The notes: generated by a model not told the origin, from the letters alone. A stretch of 64,000 nt of DNA from Candidatus Hadarchaeales archaeon (GCA_038851755.1 JAWCKR010000005.1:1-64000), one strand, 5' to 3'. Numbered from the stretch's first letter, positions 28,262 through 39,180 are shown. A program made the numbers and translations.

Positions 28262-29203
28262 TCAGTCCCTTATTCCTGCCTCCGAAACGGAGAAGATGGT
28301 CTCCCCCTCCGGCAGGGAGGGGCTGTCCACCACCCTGGCTATGCGCTTGTTGGCCTTGCTCCTCCTCAGGTAAACCCTGGTAGTCACGGAGTGCGCCAGC
28401 ACGTGACCCCCTATGGGCTTGGTGGGGTCCCCGAAGAACATGTCCGGCCTGGCCTGCACCTGGTTGGTCACCAGCACAGCCAGGTCCCTGAGTTCCGAGA
28501 GCCTGTGGAGGGTGAGGAGATGCCTGGCGAGCTTCTGCTGCCTGGCGGCCAGGGCCTCCCTCCCCACGAACTCCGCCCTGAAAAGGGAGGTGAGGGAGTC
28601 CACCACCACCAGCCTGATGCTCTCCCTCTCCGCCAGCTCCTCAACCTTCTCGGCGAGGAGAAGCTGCTGGTCGGTGTTGTAGGCCCTGGCGAAGAAGATA
28701 TTCCTCACCGCCTCGCCCGGGTCCAGCTCCAGCGCCCTTGCCATGTCCTGAACGCGCTCTGGCCTGAAGGTGTTCTCCGTGTCTATGAAGACGGCCTTGC
28801 CCTCCAGGCCCCCCTTCTCCCTAGGGAGCTGCACGTTTACACAGAGCTGGTGGGCCAGCTGGGTCTTTCCCGTCCCGAACTCCCCGAAAACCTCCGTCAC
28901 GGCCTTGGTGGGTATCCCTCCCCCCAGCAGCGCATCCAGCTGCTTGCTGCCCGTGGTAATCCATCCCAGTTCCTTCCTGAGCCTCAGGACCTCGTCACCC
29001 GTGATGAACCTCCCTATGTCGGCCTTCTGCTTGGCCGCCTCTATGATCCTCTTGGCCGGAGCCTCCCCTATCTCCAGCACTTCCCTGAGCTCCTCCACCG
29101 TCGCCACGGCGATGGAGGAGAAGGTCCTGTACCCCGCCTCCTTCAACCTCTCGGCGATGGCAGGCCCCACCCCGGGGAGATCCTCCAGGTTGTCCTCTTC
29201 CAA
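28262..29203 (-). CDS. radA: DNA repair and recombination protein RadA
   Basis: Hh[34 protein letters not shown]. Confidence 0.97.
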   Translation of the reverse strand: MEEDNLEDLPGVGPAIAERLKEAGYRTFSSIAVATVEELREVLEIGEAPAKRIIEAAKQKADIGRFITGDEVLRLRKELGWITTGSKQLDALLGGGIPTKAVTEVFGEFGTGKTQLAHQLCVNVQLPREKGGLEGKAVFIDTENTFRPERVQDMARALELDPGEAVRNIFFARAYNTDQQLLLAEKVEELAERESIRLVVVDSLTSLFRAEFVGREALAARQQKLARHLLTLHRLSELRDLAVLVTNQVQARPDMFFGDPTKPIGGHVLAHSVTTRVYLRRSKANKRIARVVDSPSLPEGETIFSVSEAGIRD

Positions 29204-29217
29204 GTTCCCACCCCTCT

Positions 29218-31284
29218 TTATCCTCCCCTCACTTTAACCTTTTCCAGCAGCCGCTCCGCCTCCCTCCTGGCGTCGGGGTACTCCACGGAGGTCACCCTCA
29301 GCTCCAGCTGGTCCCTGTACTCGTCTCTCCTGGTGGTGCCGGAGAGAATCACCTCCCTCCCCTCCAGCCCCAGCGATCTGTAGAAATCGGCAAGGTTCTG
29401 GAACTTCCTGTACTCCTCGAAGATCCTGGAGGAGCTCATGCCCACCAGCTCCTCTGCCACCCTCCCGAAGAGGACGGCCCTGATCGCCCCCGTTCCGTCA
29501 TCCACGACCAGGTTCAGCACGGCCCTGTGCTCCGGGGAGACCACCTTCCCGCACTCCTCGCACAGGAGGCTGGTGTCCACCGTGCCCAGCGTCCTGCCGC
29601 AAAGGGGACAGAGGTCGAAGATGGGTCGGCGCCTGACCACCTGCACGATGGTACCCCTCACCCTCACCTGAAGGTTGGGCTCCTGGATCTCCCCTATCTC
29701 CCTGGTCTCGGGGGTCATGGAAAGGCGGGAAAGAACATCGGCCGGAGGAAGCTCCTCCTCCACAGCTGGGTTCACTTCCAGCTCCCCCATCCTCCCCAGG
29801 TGCAGCTCCAGCGGGGAAGACCAGGGGGTATAGGCGTTCCGCAGGAGCAACACATCCCCCACCCTGGGAACCCTCTCAGCATGGTCACCCCAGAGAAGGA
29901 CCCTCACCTTGCCCGTCCTGTCCCCCAGAACCAGGCTGGCGAACCTCCCCTTCTTCCCCTCCCTCTGGAACTCCCTGACCTCTCCCGCCTCCACCACCCT
30001 GCCCACCACCTCCAGCCCGTCCATGCCCGGCTCCAGCTCCCCGATGCTCAGCCTTCGGGTCCCGAACTCCCCCACCTCCACACCTGGAGGGTTCACCTCC
30101 ACCGAAGCCGCTCTCCCCACGTGCAGCTCGGGCCTCCCGGAAGCTCCCTCCCTCGTGTACGCCCCCCTGAGGAGCACCACATCACCCTCCCTAAGCCTCT
30201 CCGCCCTCTCCACCGCCCCGTTCCAGAAGGAGACCTTCATGAGCCCCGTCTCGTCCTCCAGGAGAGCCCCCAGCACCCTGCCCACGCCCCCGTCCGGTCT
30301 CCCGAACTCCCGGACCTGGTACTTCCTCCTCACCCTGGCCGCCACCTCCACCCAGGGCATTCCGGATTCCACCTCCTCCAGCTTCAGCAGCTTTCCATCC
30401 ACCTCGGGCAGCTGGGAGACCCTCGGTGACTCGGGAGAGAGGACCACCCTGCTTCCTCCACCCACCCTGAGGTAAGGCTTCCCGGAGGGGTCCACCCTCA
30501 CCTGCGCGTTCTCCAGCTTGATTACCTCACCCCTCCTGAGGTTCTTCACCAGCTCGGCTTTCTCTCCCCACAGGAAGACCTTGACCTTTCCCGTTTCGTC
30601 AAGCAGCACGAGGGAGGCGAACCTGTCGGTGGTGCCGTCGGGACGCTCGGAGGTCTTCACCTCACCCACTGCCGCCACCCTCCCCACCAGGTCCACTTCC
30701 CTGTGGCCCTCCCTCAGGTCGGAAATCCTCAGCAGGGGCTCCTCGAGCGGCGGGAACTTCCCCTCCAGGGAGGGATCCCTGACCACCTCCACGGAACTCC
30801 TGGCCGAGAGCTTCAGCTCCGGCTCTCCCCCCCTGCCCTCCTGCACGTAGGCCCCGGCGATCTTGAGCAGGTCACCCTTCTGGATCGTCCCCTCTTCCAC
30901 CAGGGAGACCTTGCTGTCCCAGAGGGAGGCCCTGAGGGTACCCGTGCCGTCCTGCAGGAGGAGGGAGGCCACCCTCCCTACCGAGCCATCCCAGCGGGAG
31001 AAGCTCCTGGGCTCGTACACCCTGACCACCCTGGCGAGCAGGTTCACATTCGACATACCCGGCACCAGGTCCCTGAGGGTGATCTCCCTGGGCTTCAGCT
31101 TCTCTTCGGGGAGCCTCACCCCCAGTTCGGCTGCCACCATCTTGGCCAGGCCCTCGGGGGTGGAGATGGACCCGAACTCCCTTTCCTTCTCCCTTATCCT
31201 GACCATCACCTCCTCCCGCCTCATCCCCTTCTGCCTCATTATCTCCTCCACCACTCGATCGAACCCGGTCCCCATCCCGCTCAC
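29218..31284 (-). CDS. rpa: Replication protein A with multiple OB folds and a Zn finger
   Basis: Repeated DxTG..(L/F)W OB motifs (about five), CPLC..CEEC. Confidence 0.9.
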   Translation of the reverse strand: MSGMGTGFDRVVEEIMRQKGMRREEVMVRIREKEREFGSISTPEGLAKMVAAELGVRLPEEKLKPREITLRDLVPGMSNVNLLARVVRVYEPRSFSRWDGSVGRVASLLLQDGTGTLRASLWDSKVSLVEEGTIQKGDLLKIAGAYVQEGRGGEPELKLSARSSVEVVRDPSLEGKFPPLEEPLLRISDLREGHREVDLVGRVAAVGEVKTSERPDGTTDRFASLVLLDETGKVKVFLWGEKAELVKNLRRGEVIKLENAQVRVDPSGKPYLRVGGGSRVVLSPESPRVSQLPEVDGKLLKLEEVESGMPWVEVAARVRRKYQVREFGRPDGGVGRVLGALLEDETGLMKVSFWNGAVERAERLREGDVVLLRGAYTREGASGRPELHVGRAASVEVNPPGVEVGEFGTRRLSIGELEPGMDGLEVVGRVVEAGEVREFQREGKKGRFASLVLGDRTGKVRVLLWGDHAERVPRVGDVLLLRNAYTPWSSPLELHLGRMGELEVNPAVEEELPPADVLSRLSMTPETREIGEIQEPNLQVRVRGTIVQVVRRRPIFDLCPLCGRTLGTVDTSLLCEECGKVVSPEHRAVLNLVVDDGTGAIRAVLFGRVAEELVGMSSSRIFEEYRKFQNLADFYRSLGLEGREVILSGTTRRDEYRDQLELRVTSVEYPDARREAERLLEKVKVRGG

Positions 31285-31322
31285 CCCTACTTCACCGTGG
31301 AAGTCTTATAAAGAGAGAAAGG

Positions 31323-32588
31323 CTATCCGCGCGACTCCAGCTCGGCGAGGATCTCCCTGGCCCGGTCCATCCTTATGCATCCCTCCTCCACCATCCTCCT
31401 CGCCACCTCCTCCACCTGCTCTCCCCTGGCTCCCGCCGCCATCGCCACATTCCTGGCGTGGAGCTTCATGTGCCCGCGCTGTATGCCCTCCGCCACCAGG
31501 GCCCTCAGGGCGGCCAGGTTCTGGGCCAGACCCACCGCTGCCATCACCTCCGCCAGCTCCTTCGAGGAGCCTACCCCCAGGATCTTCCTGCAAACCCTGG
31601 CCACGGGATGAACGCCGGTGGCCCCACCCAGCACGCCCACCGCCAGGGGGAGCTCTATCCTCCCCCTCAGGTCTCCGTTCTCCTCCCTCTCCCAGGAGGT
31701 CAGGGGTTTGTAGCCCCCCAGTGCCGCGTAAGCGTGGGCCCCCGCCTCCAGCGCCCTCACGTCGTTGGAGAGGGCAAGGGCCACCGCTATGATCCCGTTC
31801 ATGATCCCCTTGTTGTGGGTGGAGCAGCGAAAGGGGTCAGCTGCCGCCAGGGCATGGGCGTAAAGAATACCTTCCACCACCTCCTCTCCCCCCAGGGCCT
31901 CCTTCGGGAAGGAAGCCTCGGCCCTGGCCCTCCTGTAAACGGCCAGATTGGAGAGGATGCGGAGGTAGACTTTTCCCCCCGTGAGCTCCTCGATCAGCGG
32001 AGCCACGGCCTCGCACATGGTATTCACCGCGTTGGCCCCCATGGCGTCCCTCACGTCGACCAGCAGATGCACCACCACCATGGGCCCCATGCTGGTATCA
32101 AGCACCCTCACCTCCACCCCTCTCGCCCCCCCTCCCGCCTTCACCAGGAGGGGGTCCTGCTCGTTGGCCTTCGCCAGGATCTTTTCCTTTTCCCCCAAAA
32201 TCCTTCCCCTGGCCTTCTCAGGGTCCTTCAGCTTGCACACCTGGATCTGCCCTATCATGATGGGTTCATCGGCGCTGGCCCTGAAGCCGTACTTCATCCT
32301 GGCCATGCGGGCTGCGTTGGAGGCGGCGGCCACCACGCTTGGCTCCTCTATGGCCATGGGAACGAGGTAGTCCCTTCCGTTGATGAGGAAGTTGGTGGCT
32401 ATGCCCAGCGGGAGGTGCGTGGCTCCTATCACGTTCTCTATCATCCGGTTGGCCAGATCGAGAGGGAGGGAGCCCGTGTTCCTCAGGATTTCTACCTCTT
32501 CGTCCGTCAAACCCGCGAACTCCTTCACCAGCTTCAGCCTCTCCTCTGGAGAGATTTCGTGGAAGCCTGGTAGTCGGGAGGACCTCAA
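31323..32588 (-). CDS. HMG-CoA reductase, class II
   Basis: MIENVIG, EEPSVVAA, DAMGAN, THNKGIMNG, GIQRGHMKLH. Confidence 0.95.
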   Translation of the reverse strand: MRSSRLPGFHEISPEERLKLVKEFAGLTDEEVEILRNTGSLPLDLANRMIENVIGATHLPLGIATNFLINGRDYLVPMAIEEPSVVAAASNAARMARMKYGFRASADEPIMIGQIQVCKLKDPEKARGRILGEKEKILAKANEQDPLLVKAGGGARGVEVRVLDTSMGPMVVVHLLVDVRDAMGANAVNTMCEAVAPLIEELTGGKVYLRILSNLAVYRRARAEASFPKEALGGEEVVEGILYAHALAAADPFRCSTHNKGIMNGIIAVALALSNDVRALEAGAHAYAALGGYKPLTSWEREENGDLRGRIELPLAVGVLGGATGVHPVARVCRKILGVGSSKELAEVMAAVGLAQNLAALRALVAEGIQRGHMKLHARNVAMAAGARGEQVEEVARRMVEEGCIRMDRAREILAELESRG

Positions 32589-32670
32589 GCTCTCAATCTT
32601 TCTTCCTTCTTACTGTTTATTTAACGATACCAACCCCCAACCTTTAAATCTCCCTCCCAAAGCACAAAAC

Positions 32671-33453
32671 GTGAAGCTGGCGGTGTGTGGGAAGGGTGGG
32701 AGCGGGAAGAGCACCCTGGTGGCCCTCCTGGCCCACGAAGCCCTCTCCAGAAAGCACCGCGTGGTGGTGGTGGACTCAGACGAATCCAACCCCGGGCTCT
32801 TCAGGTTGCTGGGTTTCGAGAGACCTCCCTCCCCCCTGCTGGAGCTGGCGGGAGGAAGGAAGGGTGTGTGGGAGACTCTGGAGGGTGGAAAGGGAGTGCT
32901 GGCAAAGGAAAGTTTCGGAGTGGAGGAACTCCCACCCGAGTATGTGGGGAGGAAGGAAGGGCTTTCCCTCCTGTGCGTGGGGAAAATCACGATGGTGAGG
33001 GAAGGGTGCGCCTGCCCCCTGGGAGCGCTGGCCAGGGAAGTTCTGCGGAGGTTGAGGCTGGCGGAGGGGGAGCTGCTGCTGGCCGATTTGGAGGCTGGGG
33101 TGGAGCACCTCGGCAGGGGAGTGGAGGAAGGGGTGGACGTGGTGCTGGTGGTGGTGGACCCTTCCTTCGACTCGATCGTGCTGGCGGGCAGAACGGCGCA
33201 GATGGTGGAGAGAATGGAGAAAAGGGTTTACGCCGTGCTCAACAAGGTAAGGCAGGGAAGGATGGAGGAAAGGCTTAGGGCAGAGGTGGAGAGGAGGGGG
33301 CTGAGGGTGGCAGGAGTGATCCACGAGGACCGAGAGCTCTTCGAATCCGAACTGGAGGGGAGGGAACTGAGAGCGGGAAAGGCCTGGGAGGAGGCCGGGA
33401 AGGTGCTGGACTTCCTGCTCGGGGTGAATGAAGATGTGTATTGCCACCGTTAA
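32671..33453 (+). CDS. cooC: CooC/AcsF-type nickel-insertion ATPase
   Basis: GKGGSGKST, DSDESN, GCACP, DLEAGVEHLGRG. Confidence 0.9.
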   Translation: MKLAVCGKGGSGKSTLVALLAHEALSRKHRVVVVDSDESNPGLFRLLGFERPPSPLLELAGGRKGVWETLEGGKGVLAKESFGVEELPPEYVGRKEGLSLLCVGKITMVREGCACPLGALAREVLRRLRLAEGELLLADLEAGVEHLGRGVEEGVDVVLVVVDPSFDSIVLAGRTAQMVERMEKRVYAVLNKVRQGRMEERLRAEVERRGLRVAGVIHEDRELFESELEGRELRAGKAWEEAGKVLDFLLGVNEDVYCHR

Positions 33454-33601
33454 GTCGGGGGAGAGGGAAATCAAGGACGTGGTGCTGATAGAGGAGAGGG
33501 AGGGGGGATACGTGGTCACCACCCTGCTGGGAGAAAGGGTGGAAATCAAGGGCAAAATTCGTAAGATAGACATGGAACAGCACTTGGTGCTCTTGGAATA
33601 G
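33434..33601 (+). CDS. cooT: CooT-family nickel-binding protein, not in ORF track
   Basis: MCIATVKSGEREIKDVVLIEEREGGYVVTTLLGERVEIKGKIRKIDMEQHLVLLE*; has Cys2 and a C-terminal His. Confidence 0.85.
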   Translation: MCIATVKSGEREIKDVVLIEEREGGYVVTTLLGERVEIKGKIRKIDMEQHLVLLE

Positions 33602-33622
33602 CTTGAGAATTCAAGAAAGTTA

Positions 33623-33650
33623 GTATTACTTTTTTGTAAAAAAGTAATCT
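33623..33650. promoter_or_regulatory. NikR-like operator palindrome next to a TATA box
   Basis: GTATTA-N16-TAATCT containing the perfect inverted repeat ATTACTTTTTT/AAAAAAGTAAT; TTTAAATA follows directly. Confidence 0.6.
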
Positions 33651-33685
33651 TTAAATAGAGTGGATGATACAGTGTATCGATTCCA

Positions 33686-34369
33686 TTGCTGAGCAGGACT
33701 AGGGAACTGGTAGAGGAGGCCAAAAGGTTTCACGGACATCTCTGTCCCTTCCTCTCTCTGGGAGTGAGAGCCTCCGAGATCGCCATGAAAAGGCTGGGGG
33801 TGAAAAGGGCCGGAGAGGGGGAAACGGTGGGGGAAAGGCTCCTGGCCCTAGTGGAGTGCAACAGCTGCTTCACGGACGGGGTACAGGTGGCCACGGGATG
33901 CACGCTGGGGAACAACTGCCTGATCTACCTGGATTTAGGGAAAACTGCAGTCACGCTGGTGAAGAGGGGGGAGTGGAAGGGGATAAGGGTGTGCGTGGAC
34001 CCTGAGTACCTCAGGGCGAAGCACTTCAGCAGGGAGGCGCTGGAACTCTTCGAGAAGGTGGTGAGCAGGAGGGAAGGAACGGAAGAGGAGGCAAGAAAAC
34101 TGGGTGAGCTGTGGGAAGAGATAGGTTACAAGATGGCAGAACTCCCGGAGGAGGAGTTCAAGATCGAGGAAGTGGGGGTTAAGGAGCTGGAGCTGGCCCC
34201 CATCTTTGACAGCGTGAGGTGCGAAGAATGTGGTGAGCTGGTCATGAAAACCAGGATCAAAAAAAGGGAAGGAAAGAACCTCTGCCTCGGTTGTGAAGGG
34301 AGGTGCAACGCCGTGATGGGAAGGGGGATAGTGGTGGGAATGGAGGTACCCCTCAGGAGGGGAAGTTGA
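33686..34369 (+). CDS. FmdE-family protein with C-terminal Zn finger
   Basis: FHGHLCPFLSLG, CFTDGVQVATGCTLG, CEECGE..CLGC. Confidence 0.92.
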   Translation: MLSRTRELVEEAKRFHGHLCPFLSLGVRASEIAMKRLGVKRAGEGETVGERLLALVECNSCFTDGVQVATGCTLGNNCLIYLDLGKTAVTLVKRGEWKGIRVCVDPEYLRAKHFSREALELFEKVVSRREGTEEEARKLGELWEEIGYKMAELPEEEFKIEEVGVKELELAPIFDSVRCEECGELVMKTRIKKREGKNLCLGCEGRCNAVMGRGIVVGMEVPLRRGS

Positions 34370-35502
34370 TGGAGAAAGGAGGCCTGAACATCCCCGTGGT
34401 TTTGGTGGGCGCTCTCGCCCTCATTCTCCTCTCTTCCGCGGTCTTTCTCCTAATCAGTCCGGCGGAGAAAAAAGAAACTGTAGGACCTGTAGTAATCCAA
34501 GACCTTTTGGGAAGGGAAGTGGTAATACCCGAAAACCTCAGCAGGGTGGTGGCGGCGGGACCGGGCGCGCTCAGGCTTCTCTGCTACCTAGATGCCACCG
34601 ACCTGCTCGTAGGTGTGGAGGAGGCGGAGAAGAACTGGGGCTTCACGGGCCGTGACTACGCCATGGCCTATGGCCAGCGGTTTGAGAACCTCCCTGTGAT
34701 AGGCCCAGGAGGTCCGGGCAGACCCCCCTCTCCCGAACTACTGCTGGCCGTGCAGCCCCAGCTCATTCTCCTCTCCCCCACTTACGCCAGCATGTATGAT
34801 CCCGACCGCCTCCAGAACGAAACCGGGGCCGTCGTGATGGTGACGGGGTACGGGGCTACCGGAGTGGCGCTGGAGGCCTTGGAAAACATGATCAGTACCC
34901 TGGGGAGGGCCCTCCGCAGGGAAGAAAGGGCCAAAGAGCTGGTGGATTTCATCGAGGGACTGCGCCGGGACTTGGACCTCAGAACCGCGGGTCTGGAAAA
35001 CAGGCCGAGCGTTTACGTAGGTGCCATTTCCTACAAGGGGCCCCAGCCCTTCACCACCACCCAGTCGCCCTACCCTCCCCTCCAGCTCCTCAACACGCCA
35101 AGCATAGCGGATAACGCAACCAGTGGCGAACCACCCACCGTCGATTTCGAATTCATCCTCCAGAAGGATCCGAACTTCGTCTTCATAGACCAGAACAATC
35201 TGAACACCGTACTACAGGACTTCAACAAGGACCCGGCGAAGTACCGGCATCTCTCCGCCTTCCGAGAGGGGAGGGTTTACGGCCTTCTACCATACAACTA
35301 CTATGCCACCAACTTCAGCGTGGCCCTCGCCAACGCTTACTACTTGGGGAAAATACTATACCCAGACCGCTTCGCCGACGTGGACCCAGTGAAGAAAGCC
35401 GACGAAATCTTCAGAACTTTTGTGGGTAAACCTCTCTACTCAGCCTACGAGAACGCCTATGGGGGCTTCCGCAACCTCTCCGCCCTCTTTCCACCTTCCT
35501 GA
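34369..35502 (+). CDS. ABC transporter substrate-binding protein (FepB/BtuF family)
   Basis: N-terminal TM anchor, DLLGREVVIP, RVVAAGPGALR, GKILYPDRF. Confidence 0.9.
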   Translation: MEKGGLNIPVVLVGALALILLSSAVFLLISPAEKKETVGPVVIQDLLGREVVIPENLSRVVAAGPGALRLLCYLDATDLLVGVEEAEKNWGFTGRDYAMAYGQRFENLPVIGPGGPGRPPSPELLLAVQPQLILLSPTYASMYDPDRLQNETGAVVMVTGYGATGVALEALENMISTLGRALRREERAKELVDFIEGLRRDLDLRTAGLENRPSVYVGAISYKGPQPFTTTQSPYPPLQLLNTPSIADNATSGEPPTVDFEFILQKDPNFVFIDQNNLNTVLQDFNKDPAKYRHLSAFREGRVYGLLPYNYYATNFSVALANAYYLGKILYPDRFADVDPVKKADEIFRTFVGKPLYSAYENAYGGFRNLSALFPPS

Positions 35503-35505
35503 ATC

Positions 35506-36561
35506 ATGGACCCAAAGTTCAGAAGGCTAATCCGCAGGAAGAGGCTTGTCCTCCTCTTCCTGATCCTATTCGTCCTCCTCCTCATTCCCCTCTCCCTGAG
35601 CCTCGGCACCTACAGGGCCTCGCCCCTCGACGTCCTGAGGGTGCTTCTCAGGCCCGACGGTAGTCCCCTCTCGACCGTCATCTGGGATCTACGGCTCCGG
35701 AGGATTCTGGCAGCCCTTCTCATAGGTGCGGTGCTTGGCTCCTCGGGAGCTGCCGTACAGGCCTCCATGAGGAACCCGCTCGCCTCCCCCTTCACCTTCG
35801 GCCTTTCCTTCGCTGCCTCTTTGGGAGTAGCGGTGGCTCTCCTCTTCATGCACGGCGGAAACGTGGGCAGGTTCACCATCTCCGTGTACAACCCCTTTCT
35901 AGTCTCCGCCTCCGCCTTCTCCTTTTCCCTCCTGCAAGTGGCCCTCATCCTCCTCCTCGCCCGCAGAGCCGGGCTTGACACCAGGGCCGTGATCCTCTCC
36001 GCTATCGCCATTTCCTTCCTCTACCAGGCCCTCCTCTACCTGCTGCAGTATTTCGTCCTCAACGAGGTCCTGGTCTCCACCGTGATTTTTTGGACCTTCG
36101 GGGATTTGGGGAGGGTAAGCTGGACGGAACTCTGGTTCCTCTCCCTACCCTCCCTGCTCCTTGTGCTCCCCTATTTCCTGTACCGCAGCTTGGACTACGA
36201 CCTTCTGGCCAGCGGTGACGAACTCACCCGCTCGAGCGGGGTGAGCCCTGAAAGGATAAGACTGGAAACATGTATAGTGGCGGCCTTGGGCACGGCCCTG
36301 GCCACTTCCTTCGCGGGCATCATAGGTTTTGTTTGCCTAGTGGCACCTCACGCCTGTAGGCTTCTGTTGGGGGGAGGACACAGATACCTGATGCCAGCCT
36401 CCATGGTCATGGGTGCCCTCATCCTCCTCCTCTCGGACACCGTGGGGAGAACCATCCTTTCGCCAACGATTATACCCGTGGGCATCATGACCTCGCTGGT
36501 GGGTGCCCCCCTCCTAGTCTACCTGCTCATGAGGGGTGGAAGGCTTGGCGGTGGATATTAG
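35506..36561 (+). CDS. FecCD-family ABC permease
   Basis: RNPLASPFTFG, GIIGFVCLVAPH, IPVGIMTSLVGAP. Confidence 0.93.
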   Translation: MDPKFRRLIRRKRLVLLFLILFVLLLIPLSLSLGTYRASPLDVLRVLLRPDGSPLSTVIWDLRLRRILAALLIGAVLGSSGAAVQASMRNPLASPFTFGLSFAASLGVAVALLFMHGGNVGRFTISVYNPFLVSASAFSFSLLQVALILLLARRAGLDTRAVILSAIAISFLYQALLYLLQYFVLNEVLVSTVIFWTFGDLGRVSWTELWFLSLPSLLLVLPYFLYRSLDYDLLASGDELTRSSGVSPERIRLETCIVAALGTALATSFAGIIGFVCLVAPHACRLLLGGGHRYLMPASMVMGALILLLSDTVGRTILSPTIIPVGIMTSLVGAPLLVYLLMRGGRLGGGY

Positions 36562-37300
36562 AGTAAAGGGGGTGAGTGTCCTCTACCGGAGCTTCAGGGC
36601 CCTAGAGGGAGTCTCGCTGGAGGTGGGGGCAGGTGAAATCCTCTCGCTGGTGGGACCCAACGGGGCGGGAAAAACCACCCTCCTTAAGGTAATCGATGGA
36701 GTGCTGAGACCCCACAGGGGAGTGGTGTTCTTGGACGGGAGAGCGGTGGGGGAGATGCCCAGGAGGGAGGTGGCGAGGAGAATGGGAATGGTGCCCCAAA
36801 AAACTCTGCCCACTGGGATGCTCACGGTCTTCGACTTCGTGCTGACCGGTAGAAGGCCATACATGAAATGGGCGCCTTCCAGAGAGGACGAGAAAAAAGC
36901 CTACGAGAGCCTTCGGAAGGTGGGAGCACTGCGGTTGGCAGGAAGAACGCTGGAGGAACTCAGCGGGGGGGAACTCCAGAGGGTGTACTTAGCCAGGGCA
37001 CTGGCTGGGGATCCAGAAATCCTGTTGCTAGACGAGCCCACGGCAAACCTAGACCCCAAACATCAGCTGGAGACCCTGGAGCTGCTGGAAGAACTGCGCT
37101 CCCATGGTCTGTGCCTGGTTCTCGCCACCCATGACCTGACCCATGCTTACAGGGTTTCGGATAAAGTCCTCATGTTAAAAGGAGGCAGGGTCTTTGCCTT
37201 GGGTAGCCCGGAGGAAGTATTGACTCCGGGAAACCTCCTCAAGGTATACGGGGTGAGAATGCTCGTGCTGCCCACACACAGGATAATCGTGCCCGCGTGA
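36545..37300 (+). CDS. ABC transporter ATP-binding protein
   Basis: GPNGAGKTT, LSGGE, LLLDEPT, HDL. Confidence 0.95.
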   Translation: MAVDIRVKGVSVLYRSFRALEGVSLEVGAGEILSLVGPNGAGKTTLLKVIDGVLRPHRGVVFLDGRAVGEMPRREVARRMGMVPQKTLPTGMLTVFDFVLTGRRPYMKWAPSREDEKKAYESLRKVGALRLAGRTLEELSGGELQRVYLARALAGDPEILLLDEPTANLDPKHQLETLELLEELRSHGLCLVLATHDLTHAYRVSDKVLMLKGGRVFALGSPEEVLTPGNLLKVYGVRMLVLPTHRIIVPA

Positions 37301-37341
37301 GGCATGGGTTTCCGTGTGCCGTGCTTTTCGCCCTCCGCAGC

Positions 37342-37926
37342 TCACTCCTCAGGAGATGAGAACCTGCGGTGGTAAATCCTTGCCAGTACACCCAGCACCG
37401 CCGGAACGAGGGCAAAGAAGAAGGGCCAGCCCAAGGACATTCTGAGCGGAAGGGTGATGGTCGTGTTCTCCATCTCCAGCACGGCGGTGGAGCTTCCCGA
37501 GAGGTAGGGCAGGCTGAAGCCCCGCAGTTCGGGGACCTTTCCTGCAAGGAAGTTGCCCAGCAAGGAAAGTGCCAAGAGCAGGACGAGGAAGCCTACCCAC
37601 ATCCAGAGCAGCTTGGTGGCCCCGAACTTCAGCAGCCTCCTCGACCACCACCTCTTGGGGTAGAGGGAAGCCAGGATAAGGAAGATCCCCGAGATGACGA
37701 GGGTGAGGGTGGCTCCCAGACATATGAAGCGCACGAGCGTAGAAGAAATGGGCTGATCCAGCGCCACCAGCCTGAAGCTGAAGGGGGAGAGGGAGAAGTC
37801 TACCGCTCCAGTACCCAGGGTCAGGCTCCACCAGGCGCCCAGGAAGGGCAGGAGGATCATGAGGGGGCCCGCCACCAGACCGAACCAGTTGGGGCCCTTC
37901 GGACCCCACTTCAGGGAAAGCTTCAT
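37342..37926 (-). CDS. Membrane protein (about 4 TM)
   Basis: Hydrophobic ORF translationally coupled to the upstream gene. Confidence 0.75.
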   Translation of the reverse strand: MKLSLKWGPKGPNWFGLVAGPLMILLPFLGAWWSLTLGTGAVDFSLSPFSFRLVALDQPISSTLVRFICLGATLTLVISGIFLILASLYPKRWWSRRLLKFGATKLLWMWVGFLVLLLALSLLGNFLAGKVPELRGFSLPYLSGSSTAVLEMENTTITLPLRMSLGWPFFFALVPAVLGVLARIYHRRFSSPEE

Positions 37927-38483
37927 CCCTCCACCTCCTGATAGACCTCCGTCGACTCCTCCACCGGCACCCTGAATTCTATGCCATAGACGTCCAGCGT
38001 GAAGTCTCCCCTAAGGTCCAGGCGGGCTTGCAGGTAGGAATCGGTCACGTGCTGCTCCAGCAGGTGGCGGGAACCCTCATGCGTGAAAATCAGGAGAAGC
38101 CTCAGGTTCTCCCTCGACTCCGGCTCGACCACCACAGCACTCTCCAGCCTCCCCTCCCCCACTTTGAAACCATCTTCCGAGCAGAAGACCTCTAGGGAGA
38201 CCTCCTTCATCCCGAGCCTGAAGGAATAGTGATTGGTGAGGGTGATGGACGAGACTAAAGGAGGGAGGTCGTTCTCCAGGGTCACCGGCCCCTGGAAGGC
38301 GGTACCCCCCGTCTCTATCGTCGGCTCCTTGCCCTCGGAGGTCAGGTCCTCGAAGGGGCCCAAGTCCCCCAGGAGGGTGGAGCGGAGGTCCCAGCCCTCC
38401 GATGCAAAGGCCGCTAGGAAGGGGCCTACCGAAAGTGCCAAGGAAAGAAGGAAGAGCCCGACGCGAAGCGCTCTTTCGCCCAC
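37923..38483 (-). CDS. Membrane-anchored beta-rich protein (possibly LEA/WHy-like)
   Basis: N-terminal TM segment followed by an alternating beta pattern (ITLTNHYSF..., VVVEP). Confidence 0.65.
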   Translation of the reverse strand: MGERALRVGLFLLSLALSVGPFLAAFASEGWDLRSTLLGDLGPFEDLTSEGKEPTIETGGTAFQGPVTLENDLPPLVSSITLTNHYSFRLGMKEVSLEVFCSEDGFKVGEGRLESAVVVEPESRENLRLLLIFTHEGSRHLLEQHVTDSYLQARLDLRGDFTLDVYGIEFRVPVEESTEVYQEVEG

Positions 38484-38525
38484 CCTTTCCCTCCCGGCAG
38501 AGGTTCGGCACCCGAGCTTTTAACC

Positions 38526-39101
38526 CTATTTGGCCCCTGCCCTCTCCACCAGGACCCTGAGCACGTCCGCCTTGGTGATGATGCCCCTCACCCTTCCCCT
38601 CTCCACCACCAGCACGGCGGGGGCGTGCTCCAGCATCGAGAGGACGGCGGGGGCGGGGAGTTCTGGACCCACGGTGGGAAAGGGCCCACCCATCACCTCC
38701 ATCACCCTTCTCCTCAGGAGTCCCTTTCCCTCCCCCTCCGCCACCTTCCTCATCACGTCGGCCTCGGAGAGGGACCCAACCTGGGTACCCTCCTCCAGCA
38801 CGGGAAGCTGTGAAATGCCTTTAGCCTCCATGAGCTTCACCGCCTTCTCCACCAAATCGGCGGGTCTCACGTGAAAAACGGGAGAAGTCATCATCTCCCC
38901 CGCCCGAAGCAAGGGTTCTTCCTCTTGCTGGAGGAGCACGGAGGAAAGCCGCTCCAGGGTGGAGAGCTTGGGGTCGGCCTTGCCCGCCTCCATCTTCGCG
39001 ATGTAAGCCTGGGTGAGACCCGTGAGTTCCGCCAGCTTGGCCTGGGTCAGGCCCCTCTTCAGGCGAAGGGCCCTGAGTTCGGACGGTCTGAGAAGCCTCA
39101 T
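38526..39101 (-). CDS. XRE-HTH plus CBS-pair transcriptional regulator
   Basis: LRLKRGLTQAKLA..IAKMEAG..DPKLST, ISQLPV, GIITKAD. Confidence 0.92.
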   Translation of the reverse strand: MRLLRPSELRALRLKRGLTQAKLAELTGLTQAYIAKMEAGKADPKLSTLERLSSVLLQQEEEPLLRAGEMMTSPVFHVRPADLVEKAVKLMEAKGISQLPVLEEGTQVGSLSEADVMRKVAEGEGKGLLRRRVMEVMGGPFPTVGPELPAPAVLSMLEHAPAVLVVERGRVRGIITKADVLRVLVERAGAK

Positions 39102-39180
39102 ATTCCTACAGGTTATTTCGGTGACCAAAAGTATATAGACCGCCCCTCCAAAACCCACGGGGGCTCCCGGGAGGCCGTCC

